Shown one piece after another: positions 18,083 to 27,456 of a stretch of 64,000 nucleotides of DNA. Position numbers and translations under genes: made by a program. Below the pieces are notes generated by a model. The model was not told where the DNA came from. It saw nothing but the letters and a program-made list of their open reading frames with translations, and made no database searches. Position 1 is the stretch's first letter; every line of letters starts with the position of its first letter. Source of the stretch: Acidimicrobiia bacterium (GTDB lineage: Bacteria; Acidobacteriota; Vicinamibacteria; Vicinamibacterales; CAVVIG01); NCBI GenBank assembly GCA_016871175.1, contig VFZL01000013.1, positions 646 through 64,645 of the forward strand. The letters are read 5' to 3'.

Positions 18083-21000
18083 CTACCCCTTTCCCGGTTC
18101 GTGACGATCGGGCGGCCGCAGCGAGCGCCGCGCAAATCGGGATAGGGGTCGACCCGCCTCGGGGCTTCGAGCTCCGGCGAGGTGACCCGTCGACTCGTGA
18201 CTGGCGACCTCGGACGTGTGCCGTGCGACTTCTGACTGGGGACTCGTTGACCGACTGTACGTCGGCTGAAAACCGAGTGCGCCGGAGATGAATCCAGCCT
18301 CGGTCAGAAACGGTGCCAGCACGTGCGGGCCGGGCGGTGCGCCGTCGATTTCCTCGATGAGCATCCCGCGCGGCGCCTCGTCGCCCGATCGGGCGCGCGC
18401 GATGAGGGCGTTCGCCACGCTGCGCGCCGCGCGCGTCCGTTGAGGCTCTGCGTCCGGGAGCCACGTCGTCAGTATCCGATCGTCGCGCGCCAGGTACGCC
18501 ACCAGCGCGCCGTCCACCAGCACCACCGTCGCGCCCACCGTTCTCGTCGGCCCGCGGCCGACGTCAGCGACGGAAGATCGTGGCCACTTCAAGGTCGCGC
18601 CATACGGATTCGCGGGATCGGTGGCCGACAACACGACAACCTCCGCCGCGTCGTTGCCCACCGCGCTTTCGCTCACCGCGCCCTCGCCAACCGCTTCGCC
18701 AGCGATCGCTCCGCCGTCTCGAAGTGAGCGCAGGAGGTCGACCGCCCCCGGCAGCGCGAACTGCGTCGCTCCGAGACCCGCGACGAAATAGCCACGTCGG
18801 ATGCGTCCGTTCTCCTCGAGCGCCTTGAGCACCGGGTACACGGCGCTGAACCCGACCGGAAACACCTCCGCCGCAGCAGTTTCACGCGTGAGGATCCCGT
18901 GCCGCGACAGCCACTGCTGCGCCGTCGCCGTCAGTCGTCGCGTGTCGCTGACCGACGCAACCGCTTTCGACCGTCGCGCACGTGGTCCCGCCTCACGTCG
19001 CGCGGGCACCAACGACCACCGTCCCTCGGCCGCCGCCGGGGCCTGCCGACGCGAGCGGAATGTCGTGGTCTCCTTGCGCCTGCCGCGGCGGGGCCTCGTA
19101 CGGGTCCGCGTGTAGGCGCGGAGCGCGTGCATGGCGTCATTGGTCACGCGGCCGTTCCAGACCAGCGTCCAGAGCGCATCGACGGTCTGGGCGGGATAAC
19201 CGCCGCCGACCCCCTCGTGCAGCGCCTGGAAGAACGACGCGCCGTGGCCGCTCAGCCAGTCCAGAATGCCGCGGGCACGCTCGTCCTCGCCAGGGAGCGA
19301 GGCAGGAGTCGGCGGGAGCAAGTCGGCCACGTGGTCGGCGAGGAACAGCGACAGGCGACCGTCGCGATCGCCGAGTGGCTCGAGGCCCACCCACACCACC
19401 TCGCCGGCGGCCATCACGGCATCGAGATCGCCCGCGTCGTATGCGTCGAGTCGCGCCGGCAGAATCTCGGTCTCGAGCAACGATGCCACGAGTGGGGCGC
19501 CCTGGAGCTGCTCGACGACGTCGAGGAGGGCATCGGCGCCGCGGCGTTTCTTGACGATGCCCTGCCAGCGGGAGGCGAAGCGGCCCAGCACGGTTGGATC
19601 GACCGGTTCGACCTCGTGTCGCAGTCGGGCCAGCGATTGTCGACGCAGTTGCCGCAACACACCCGCGTCGGTCCACTCGCGACGCGTGCCCCCAGGCCGG
19701 AACTCACCCTCGATCAGTCGACCATCCGCGGTCAGACGACGAAGGGTACGCTCGGCCTCCGCAGGCGACAAGGCGAACCGCGCCGCGAGCTCCGCGGCGG
19801 TGAACGGCGCGTGCGTCCGCGCATGGCGCAGCACGAGATCGCCCAGCGGGTCGCGCACCGGCTCGAGCAGCGCCTCCGGCACGCCTGGCGGCAGGGGCAC
19901 GCCGAGGGCGTCGCGGTAACGAGCGGCGTCTTCGATTGCGATGAACCGCTCGCGCCCGGAGATCCGAACGAGCAGCGCCCGGCGCTGTTGGACGAGGTGA
20001 CGAATCGAGCCCGCCACATCGGGACCGGTCGTCCGTCGAGCCAGATCGGCCGCGTCCAGGTCGCCGAGCGACAGCAGCAGATCATGTACGCCGTCCGCAG
20101 TCCGAACGTGATACTTGGCATCCAGTCGCTGGCGCTGGCGTTCGAGTGTCTCGGCGGCGTCACGGTCGAGCAGGTCGCGCAGTTCGGCGTCACCCAGGAG
20201 CTCGCGCAGCTGCGCCTGATCGACCGAGAGCGCTTGGGCGCGTCGTTCCGCCAGGGGCGCGTCCCCGTCGTAGAGAAAGCTCGCCACGTAGCTGAAGAGC
20301 AATGAGGCGGCGAAGGGCGAGGGGACATCTGAGTCGACGGTGGCTACCCGAATCGTTCGACTCCGGATGTCGCGCAGCGTGGAGACCAGCGCGGGCATGT
20401 CGAAGACGTCCCGGAGACACTCGCGGTAGGTTTCCAGCAGGACCGGAAACGACCCGAATCGAGCGGCCACCGCCAGTAGATCGGCGGCGCGCTTGCGTTG
20501 CTGCCAGAGCGGCGCGCGCATCCCGGGTCGTCGCTTCGGGAGGAGGAGCGATCGCCCGGCGTTCTCGCGGAACTTCGCCGCAAAGAGCGCGGTCGCTCCG
20601 AGCTGTCGCACGACGAGCGACTGGACCTCGTCGGGGTCCGGCAGGACCAGGCGCGGATCCGGCGGAGTGTCCACGTCCGGAAACCGGACGACGAACCCAT
20701 CGTCGCCCCAGAGGGTCTCCACGTCGACACCAGTCTCCTCACGGATCTTGACGACGGCCGCCATGGCCCACGGCGCATGAATGCGTCCGCCACGCGGAGA
20801 GAGGACGCAGACGCGCCAATCGCCCAGGTCATCGCGCACGCGTTCGACTACGACGGTTCTCGCATCGGGGAGCGCGCCGGCGGCGCGCTGATCGCGCAGG
20901 TACTGCAGCAGGTTCTCCGCGGCGTGCGTGTCCAGGTCGTGCTCGCGCGTCAGTCGATCGAGCGCGGCGGGCGGCGGCAGTCTCGTCAGCGTGTGGACCA

Positions 21001-22851
21001 GATCGCCAATGGCCAAGCCGAGATCCAGCGGTCGTCCTGCCCGATCCCCCTTCCAGAACGGCATCTTCCCGGGTTCGCCGGGGGCCGGCGACACGAGCAC
21101 GCGGTCGTGTGTGATGTCTTCGATGCGCCACGTCGATGCGCCGAGCAGAAACGTCTCGCCGGGGCTGCTCTCGAAGACCATCTCCTCGTCGAGCTCCCCC
21201 ACGCGCCCGGTGCCCGGAGGCGCACCCACGAGAAACACACCGTAGAGTCCACGATCCGGAATGGTGCCCCCGTTGGCGATGGCGCCGCGCGGCCGCAGCT
21301 CGGCGAACTCGTCAGAGGGGTATCGACCCGACAACATGTCGAGCACACCTTCGAAGGCTCCGCGTCCCAGCTCGGCGAACGGGGCGGCGCGGCGGACGGT
21401 GTGGAAGAGCTCATCGACGCGCCACTCGTCCATGGCGGTCATCGAGACGATGTGCTGCGCGACGATGTCGAGGGGATTGCGGGGATAGTGGCTGGCTTCC
21501 ACGGCGCCCTCGCGCATAGCGCGCGTGACGGCGGCGCACGCGACGAGGTCCCCGCGGAACTTCGGGATGATGATGCCTTTCGACACGGCGTCGATCTGAT
21601 GGCCGGCACGCCCGATGCGCTGCAAGCCGTTGGCGACTGTCGGCGGCGCTTCGGTCTGGACCACGAGATCGATCGTACCCATGTCGATGCCGAGCTCGAG
21701 CGACGAGGTCGCGACGAGTCCGGCCACTCGACCGGCCTTCAGAAGATCCTCGACCTCGGTGCGCTGAGGGCGGGCGAGCGAGCCGTGATGCGACCGTACG
21801 AGGGTCTCGCCGGCCAGCTCGTTCAGCGCGCCCGCGAGCCGTTCCGCGAGCCGCCGGCTGTTGACTAAGATGAGTGTGGAGCGATGCGTGTGGATGAGCT
21901 CGAGCAAGCGGGGGTGCATCGCGGTCCAGATGGAGGGCCGCGTCTCGGTGCCGGCCGCCGGTCCGCTCGGGATGTCTTCTGTGCTCGTGGCCGCGCCGAG
22001 CCGTGCCATGTCTTCCACGGGCACCTCGACTCGAAGCGCCAGCGCTTTCTTTGGCCTGCGTCGACGATCGTGACGGGTCGGTACCTTACTGTGTGACCAT
22101 CGCTGAACTCGCGGAGCACCTCCGCCTCGCTCTCATGCGTCGTCCAACCGGCGGAGAGACGCGGACGCACGTGCGTCGTGTTGGCGCCGCCCAGAAAGCG
22201 CGCGACCTCGTCCAGGGGACGCTGCGTGGCCGAGAGACCAATCCGCTGCGGCGGGGTCCCACACCGGGCAGTCAGGCGCTCGAGCGACAACGCGAGGTGC
22301 GCGCCGCGCTTGGTCGGAACGAGCGCGTGAATCTCGTCGATGATGATCGTGTGCAGACCGACGAGGGCGTCGCGTGCGCGTGACGTCAAGAGGAGATAGA
22401 GCGATTCGGGTGTTGTGATGAGGATGTCGGCCGGATCGCGCTGAAAACGGGCGCGCTCATCCGCCGGCGTATCGCCCGTCCGAATGGCGATGCGGGGAGT
22501 GAGTTACTGATCGCCGCGCGCAGCGGCCGCACGTGCGATGCCGGCGAGCGGCGCACGCAGGTTGCGTTCGACGTCCACGGCCAGCGCCTTGAGCGGCGAC
22601 ACGTACAACACCCGGCAGGCCCGCCCCCTCTCGGGGACCGGCGCGAACATCACCCGATCGAGGCTCCAGAGAAACGCGGCCAGGGTCTTGCCGCTCCCGG
22701 TGGGGGAGAGGATCAGCGTCGACTCGCCGCGAGCGATGGCCGGCCAACCGAGAATCTGCGGGCGTGTAGGCGCCCCGAACGCCCCGGTGAACCACTGGCG
22801 GACCGCCGGATGAAAGGGCGCGAGCGGGTCGGAATCACCGCGCGACGACAC
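18083..22851 (-). pseudogene. lhr: Lhr-type large DExH helicase, interrupted by an in-frame TAA and a frameshift
   Basis: Three collinear ORFs spell one Lhr: [33 protein letters not shown], then the long Lhr-core and C-terminal domain. An in-frame TAA sits at 22504-22506 (..[19 protein letters not shown]..). A frame change at 22045-22055 (ccAAAgAAAg) joins ..TIVDAGQ to [15 protein letters not shown]... The span is 4769 nt (3n-1). Confidence 0.8.
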
Positions 22852-22936
22852 GCGACGATCTTATAATGCTCGCCCTCCGGTCTCGGCTCCGTGCCAGGCC
22901 CGAGCACAGAGACCTACAAGGCAGGACCGCTGAATC

Positions 22937-23203
22937 ATGGGCGACGCCGGCGAAGGACTGATCGACGCGGACGGGCGGATTCAAGAACGGATGGAAGATC
23001 TCGAGCGCGAGCGGGCGGCGGCCAAGGGCAAGACGGTGCGTAACCTCGCGCAAATCCGCGCCCTGGAATCGCTCAGGCTGGCCAAAACGGACCTGGAACG
23101 GCAACTCGCCACGAGCGCAAACGAGCGCCGAAAGGCCCAATTGGTGCAAGCGATGGCTGAACTGGACCGCCGGATGGCGGAAGTGGGGAAGGCTGCGGAC
23201 TAG
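22937..23203 (+). CDS. Small coiled-coil hypothetical protein
   Basis: 88 aa, highly helical and charged (..RIQERMEDLERERAAAKGK..LERQLATSANERRKAQLVQAMAELDRRMAE..). No recognisable family. Confidence 0.35.
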   Translation: MGDAGEGLIDADGRIQERMEDLERERAAAKGKTVRNLAQIRALESLRLAKTDLERQLATSANERRKAQLVQAMAELDRRMAEVGKAAD

Positions 23204-23285
23204 TCGAACTCGTATTGGCAAGGGCCATCGCCGACGTTGTATGCTTGACCCAGCGGGCTTCGCGGGATTCTGGCGAGGAGGGTTC

Positions 23286-24704
23286 ATGACGGGTCGTGCG
23301 TTCGTGGGGTGGCAAGTGATCTCTGCCGGCGTTGTCACGCTGGCGCTGGCGGCACCAGCTCAGGCGGCTGAGGCCAAAACACCGACGTTCTCGAAGGACG
23401 TCGCGCCGATCTTCCAGTCGAAGTGTCAGAAGTGCCATCAGCCGAATTCCATCGCGCCGATGTCGCTCATCACCTTCCAGGAGTCCCGTCCGTGGGCGCG
23501 CGCGATCAAGGAGCGCGTGATGACCCGCCAGATGCCCCCGTGGCACATCAATCAGTCGGTCGGCGTGCAGAAGTTCCAGAACGACATGTCGCTGACGCCC
23601 GACCAGATCGACACGATCGTGCGATGGGTAGATGGTGGCTCACCGCAGGGCGACCCGAAAGATCTGCCCAAGCCGGTCGCGCTCCTGACCAATAACGAAT
23701 GGCAGGGTGTGATGGACGGGTTCGGACCTCCCGATCTGGTCATCCGGTCGAGCGAGTACACGATGCCGGCGCAGCACCAGGACGTCTGGTACCGACCGAT
23801 GAGCGAGATTCCGCTGACCGAGCCGCGGTGGATCCGGATGGTTGAGATTCGCCCGACCAACCTCCAGGCACGCAAGATCCTGCATCACTCGGTGGCGTAT
23901 CAGGTGTTGAACCCGGACAACGTGCAGGCGATCAACACGGGCATCCAGGACAGCCGCAGTTTATCGCCGACGCAATTGACGGCCGATGACGCGGTCAACC
24001 GGCGGCCCATGTTGATGGAGTGGGCGATCGGCAAGGGCTACGACCGCTACATGGAACAGACCGGGAAGTTGGTCATGCCAGGCGAGAAGATCTCCTGGGA
24101 CCAGCATATCCACGCCGTGGGTGAGGAGATCGCGGGCGGATCCGAGCTCGGCCTCTGGTTTTATCCACAGGGGCAAGCGCCGAAGAAGCGGAGCTACTTG
24201 GTGGGCTTCACGGGCATCAAGAGCCGCGGCAAGGACGGCCCATACCTCGACATCCCGCCGAACATGATCGCGCACTCGGAAGGCTTCACCGTGCTCAAGG
24301 AGCACACCTTGATCACGAACTTCCAGCCGCACTTCCACCTGCGCGGCAAGGCGATGCTCGTCGAGGCGATCCTGCCTGACGGCCAGACCCAAGTCGTGAG
24401 CCACGTCGACAACTTCAACTTCAACTGGATGACCAACTACATTTATGCGGAGGACGCCATCCCCGCCTTCCCGAAAGGCACGATCATCCATGTGACCGCG
24501 TGGTACGACAACACGAAGGCGAATAAGAACAATCCGGATCCGGACCAGTGGGTCGGGTACGGCGACCGCACGGTCGACGAGATGGCGCACGCGTGGATGA
24601 ACGTGGTCTATCTCTCCGACGCCGAGTACCAGGATTGGCTGAGCAGGCATGGCGGTAAGCCGGGCGTGCCCAACGTGCCCCGCCAGACGACGCAGCAACA
24701 GTAG
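23286..24704 (+). CDS. Secreted c-type cytochrome domain fused to a copper type II ascorbate-dependent monooxygenase-like (PHM/DBH-fold) domain
   Basis: Start at ATG 23286 (GAGGAGGG upstream; signal peptide ..LALAAPAQA). CxxCH haem motif CQKCH at 23424-23438, within FSKDVAPIFQSKCQKCHQPNSIAPMSL..RPWA..MPPW. The C-terminal part has HH (ILHHS), HxH (QHIH, PHFH) and Met (DEMAHAWM) ligand-like motifs. Confidence 0.6.
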   Translation: MTGRAFVGWQVISAGVVTLALAAPAQAAEAKTPTFSKDVAPIFQSKCQKCHQPNSIAPMSLITFQESRPWARAIKERVMTRQMPPWHINQSVGVQKFQNDMSLTPDQIDTIVRWVDGGSPQGDPKDLPKPVALLTNNEWQGVMDGFGPPDLVIRSSEYTMPAQHQDVWYRPMSEIPLTEPRWIRMVEIRPTNLQARKILHHSVAYQVLNPDNVQAINTGIQDSRSLSPTQLTADDAVNRRPMLMEWAIGKGYDRYMEQTGKLVMPGEKISWDQHIHAVGEEIAGGSELGLWFYPQGQAPKKRSYLVGFTGIKSRGKDGPYLDIPPNMIAHSEGFTVLKEHTLITNFQPHFHLRGKAMLVEAILPDGQTQVVSHVDNFNFNWMTNYIYAEDAIPAFPKGTIIHVTAWYDNTKANKNNPDPDQWVGYGDRTVDEMAHAWMNVVYLSDAEYQDWLSRHGGKPGVPNVPRQTTQQQ

Positions 24705-24750
24705 TAACCGCTTGAGGCTCTGATGCGGCCCTCGACGAGCGTTGCGGCTC

Positions 24751-24900
24751 GTGACGAGGGCCGCCTCATGGCAGACCAGGTGCGTCACCCGCAACACCAG
24801 TCCGCCGTCCGAACGCCCTGTCAGAGAGCATCATCACAGAAAGCATCATCACCGCGAGCATCATCGGTTGGATCATCATCGGTTGGATCATCATCAATGA
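24751..24900 (+). CDS. Candidate His-rich upstream ORF (49 codons from GTG 24751; TTG 24742 is an alternative start)
   Basis: This frame reads ..ERPVREHHHRKHHHREHHRLDHHRLDHHQ*. Its TGA (24898-24900) overlaps the downstream ATG (24897-24899) as ATGA. It has no Shine-Dalgarno sequence and was not listed in the ORF track because it is under 60 aa. Confidence 0.3.
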   Translation: MTRAASWQTRCVTRNTSPPSERPVREHHHRKHHHREHHRLDHHRLDHHQ

Positions 24901-24903
24901 AGC
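24829..24903. repeat. Five tandem 15-bp units, each starting CATCATC
   Basis: CATCATC begins at 24829, 24844, 24859, 24874 and 24889, an exact 15-bp period. Units 3 and 4 are identical (CATCATCGGTTGGAT). The array ends on the ATG (24897) of the downstream gene. Confidence 0.85.
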
Positions 24904-25781
24904 GCCTCCTCGTTGCGAGCGGGTGCGCCGCCGTGCTGGCCGGCAGCGTATTCCTTTCGGCTCAAGCCCAGTTGCCGAGCGCGCCGCAGATTCGTTTCGG
25001 TGGTAGCGTGACCGGCGCGTTCGACGGCTGGTTCGACAACGCCGACGGTTCCCATACGTTCTTGGTCGGGTATTTCAATCGGAGTGCCGAGCAGGCGGTC
25101 GACATCCCCATTGGTCCCAACAATCGCATCGAGCCCGGCGGTCCCGACATGGGGCAGCCCACTCACTTCTTGGCGGGACGGAACGTTGGCATGTTCACGG
25201 TTACGGTGCCGAAAGACTTCACCAAGCAACAGAAGCTGACCTGGACGATCGTCGCCAACGGCATCACGAACGCGATTCCGCTGCGCATGAACACGGACTA
25301 CAACGTGAGTCCGTTCGGCGAGGACGCGGGCGCTGGCAACCGTCCGCCCATCGTCAGGTTCGATGAGAAGGGCGCGACGATTACCGGACCGATCGCGTCG
25401 ATGGCCAAGCCGGTGCAGAGGCGTACGACGTCCGTGTCCACGCCGCTCGCGTTGAACATCTGGGCCGATGACGACGCGAAGTACTCGAGCGGGACGAATG
25501 CCCCGATACGGAATCCGCCACCGCCAGTTGGGGTTCTGTGGACGAAGTTCCGGGGACCAGGGCCGGTGACCTTCCAACCCAGCGATGCGCCCAAACTGGA
25601 CGTGCTCAAGGGCGGCAAGGTTGGTGAACCGTTCTCGGGGAAGGGCGCGGTGACGGCCACGTTCAGCGAGCCAGGCGACTACGCGCTGCTCGCGATCGTC
25701 ACCGACTACTCGGGGTTCGGTGGTGGCGGCGAGGTGTGTTGCTGGACGACCGGTATTGTCACAGTGACCGTGACCAAGTAG
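24897..25781 (+). CDS. Secreted hypothetical protein
   Basis: ORF 24723.. trimmed to ATG 24897, where a canonical signal peptide starts (MKRLLVASGCAAVLAGSVFLSAQAQ). 294 aa, beta-rich. The C-terminus is ..GGGGEVCCWTTGIVTVTVTK. No family recognised. Confidence 0.65.
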   Translation: MKRLLVASGCAAVLAGSVFLSAQAQLPSAPQIRFGGSVTGAFDGWFDNADGSHTFLVGYFNRSAEQAVDIPIGPNNRIEPGGPDMGQPTHFLAGRNVGMFTVTVPKDFTKQQKLTWTIVANGITNAIPLRMNTDYNVSPFGEDAGAGNRPPIVRFDEKGATITGPIASMAKPVQRRTTSVSTPLALNIWADDDAKYSSGTNAPIRNPPPPVGVLWTKFRGPGPVTFQPSDAPKLDVLKGGKVGEPFSGKGAVTATFSEPGDYALLAIVTDYSGFGGGGEVCCWTTGIVTVTVTK

Positions 25782-25829
25782 CGGGCGCTTTCGCGTCGCG
25801 TCTTTCGCACGGATTGCCCGCGTGTCCGT

Positions 25830-25875
25830 CAGGCCCGTGCTCGTCGGTCGAGTTCGGGCCTGTCGTGTTTTTCGG
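25830..25875 (+). terminator. Intrinsic terminator after the secreted-protein gene
   Basis: Stem CAGGCCCG (25830-25837) with CGGGCCTG (25855-25862), followed by TCGTGTTTTTCGG. Confidence 0.55.
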
Positions 25876-25911
25876 GGCGAGAATTCTGCACATTTCTCGA
25901 GTGTCGGTCCG

Positions 25912-25940
25912 TTGACTTGGCCCGGTGCGTCGAATAGCAT
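25912..25940 (+). promoter_or_regulatory. Candidate nuo operon promoter
   Basis: TTGACT (25912-25917), 17-nt spacer, TAGCAT (25935-25940), about 90 nt upstream of nuoA. Confidence 0.4.
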
Positions 25941-26031
25941 TGACCTTGCGAAATCTTTCACGAGCTCGCACCGCTGATCCGTCGTCAGCAGTTCACCCTA
26001 AAGAGACCAGACGGGGCACACCACTAACGTC

Positions 26032-26397
26032 ATGCAAGGATGGGTCGGAGTCGGTCTGATGATCGCCGTCGGCATCGCATTTGCGGTGACGATGCTCGGG
26101 TTGTCCAGTTTGCTCGGACCCCGAAAGCCCACCCCTGAAAAGTTGGCGCCGTACGAATGCGGCATGCCGCCGGTCGGTGACGCGCGCGAGCGCCAGTCGG
26201 TCAAGTTCTACCTGGTGGCGATGATCTTCCTGCTGTTCGATATCGAGGTGGCGTTCCTGTACCCCTGGGCCATGGCGCTCCGCGATCTCGGCTGGGCGGG
26301 TTACGTGCAGGTGCTGTTGTTCATGTTGCTGCTGCTCGCCGGTTACGTCTACGTGTGGCGGAAGGGCGTGCTCGACTGGGGGGCCGAGTCCACATAG
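26032..26397 (+). CDS. nuoA: NADH-quinone oxidoreductase subunit A
   Basis: 121 aa, three TM segments. Motifs YECG and [15 protein letters not shown]. Confidence 0.9.
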   Translation: MQGWVGVGLMIAVGIAFAVTMLGLSSLLGPRKPTPEKLAPYECGMPPVGDARERQSVKFYLVAMIFLLFDIEVAFLYPWAMALRDLGWAGYVQVLLFMLLLLAGYVYVWRKGVLDWGAEST

Positions 26398-26443
26398 ACC
26401 AGGCAAGCCTGGTAGGCCAGGGAAGCCTGGCCCTGAGGGTCGG

Positions 26444-26911
26444 ATGGGTATCGAAGAGACAGAAATCCCGGTCATCACGACAACGCTGAATAGCGTTGTG
26501 CAGTGGGCGCGGCGCTCGTCGGTTTGGCCGGTGACATTCGGTCTGGCGTGCTGCGCGATCGAAATGATGGCGATGAGCTGTTCGCGGTACGACATCGCGC
26601 GGTTCGGCGCCGAGGTGTTCCGCGGCAGCCCGCGGCAGTCCGACCTCATGATCGTCGCCGGTCGGCTCTCCCGGAAGATGGCCCCCGCGCTGCGGCGCAT
26701 CTACGATCAGATGCCCGAACCGAAGTGGGTGATCTCGATGGGTGCCTGCGCGTCCATCGGTGGCGTGTTCGACAATTACGCGATTGTGCAGGGCGTCGAC
26801 CAGGTCGTGCCCGTCGATGTGTACGTGCCGGGATGCCCGCCGCGGCCGGAATCGCTCATCTACGGGATCGTTCAGCTCCAGCGCAAGATCGATCAGCAGA
26901 AGATGGCGTGA
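26444..26911 (+). CDS. nuoB: NADH-quinone oxidoreductase subunit B
   Basis: 155 aa. Motifs [16 protein letters not shown] and VPGCPPRPE (N2 cluster ligands). Confidence 0.95.
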   Translation: MGIEETEIPVITTTLNSVVQWARRSSVWPVTFGLACCAIEMMAMSCSRYDIARFGAEVFRGSPRQSDLMIVAGRLSRKMAPALRRIYDQMPEPKWVISMGACASIGGVFDNYAIVQGVDQVVPVDVYVPGCPPRPESLIYGIVQLQRKIDQQKMA

Positions 26912-27456
26912 TGGAATCGACCGCGCTCGTCGCTTTGCTCCAGCACGCCGCGCCGGATGCTGGGTTGGAGATTGCTCCTAGCTCCGACGTGCATCCGACT
27001 GTCTACGTGTCGCGCGATCACATCCTGCGGGTCGCCCGCGAGCTGCGGGATCGACCGGACCTGCGGTTCGCCCTGCTCTCGGAGATGACGGCCGTCGACC
27101 TGTGGCCGCGCCAGCCGCGCTTCGAGATCACGCTGATCCTCGTGTCGATCGAGCACCGGCTCCGATTGCGCCTCAAGGTGCGCGTGCAGGGCGACGATGC
27201 CCGGATGCCGACGTTGACCGAGGTGTGGCCCAACGCGAACTGGCTCGAACGCGAGATTTGGGATCTGTTCGGTGTCGTGTTCGACGGGCACCCGGACCCG
27301 CGGCGGCTGCTGATGCCCGAGGACTGGGAAGGGTATCCCTTGCGGAAGGACTATCCGGTCCAGATTCAGATGAAGCCGCGGACGACCGAGGCGATGCAGA
27401 TGACGGAGGAGGAGTTCCGGGCGAACCTGTTGCGGGATCGCCTGACGCGGAGTTGA
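26911..27456 (+). CDS. nuoC: NADH-quinone oxidoreductase subunit C
   Basis: Start at ATG 26911, overlapping the nuoB stop. Motifs NANWLEREIWDLFGVVFDGHPDPRRLL and WEGYPLRKDYP. Confidence 0.9.
   Translation: MESTALVALLQHAAPDAGLEIAPSSDVHPTVYVSRDHILRVARELRDRPDLRFALLSEMTAVDLWPRQPRFEITLILVSIEHRLRLRLKVRVQGDDARMPTLTEVWPNANWLEREIWDLFGVVFDGHPDPRRLLMPEDWEGYPLRKDYPVQIQMKPRTTEAMQMTEEEFRANLLRDRLTRS

Noticed and set aside
18077-18085. lhr and nei are in the same frame, separated only by TAG-GCC, which hints at an Lhr-Nei fusion by TAG read-through.
   Set aside because: Nei chemistry requires a free N-terminal Pro after Met removal, which a fusion would destroy. A same-frame arrangement has a one-in-three chance. 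The 3-nt gap is ordinary operon packing.
22504-22506. Possibility that the in-frame TAA in lhr reflects stop-codon reassignment or programmed read-through.
   Set aside because: TAA is used as a normal terminator here: the csp gene ends in TAA at 39046-39048. No other gene in the window needs TAA read-through, and I recognise no read-through context.
22861-22868. TTATAAT box between lhr and the 88-aa ORF, considered as a shared divergent promoter or a damage-inducible (mycobacterial RecA-independent-type) promoter.
   Set aside because: No acceptable -35 hexamer or known regulatory motif sits at the right spacing on either strand. I could not support it beyond a lone AT-rich hexamer.
24829-24903. 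The 15-bp tandem array considered as a CRISPR-like or minisatellite mobile feature.
   Set aside because: The units are contiguous with no spacers, only 15 bp long and not palindromic, and there are no cas genes. It is reported instead as a repeat and uORF finding.
25863-25875. Identical 13-mer TCGTGTTTTTCGG at the 3' side of two terminators (25863-25875 and 52508-52520).
   Set aside because: Both copies are simply the U tracts of intrinsic terminators. A shared short tail is plausible by convergence and chance, and there is no further similarity in the stems.
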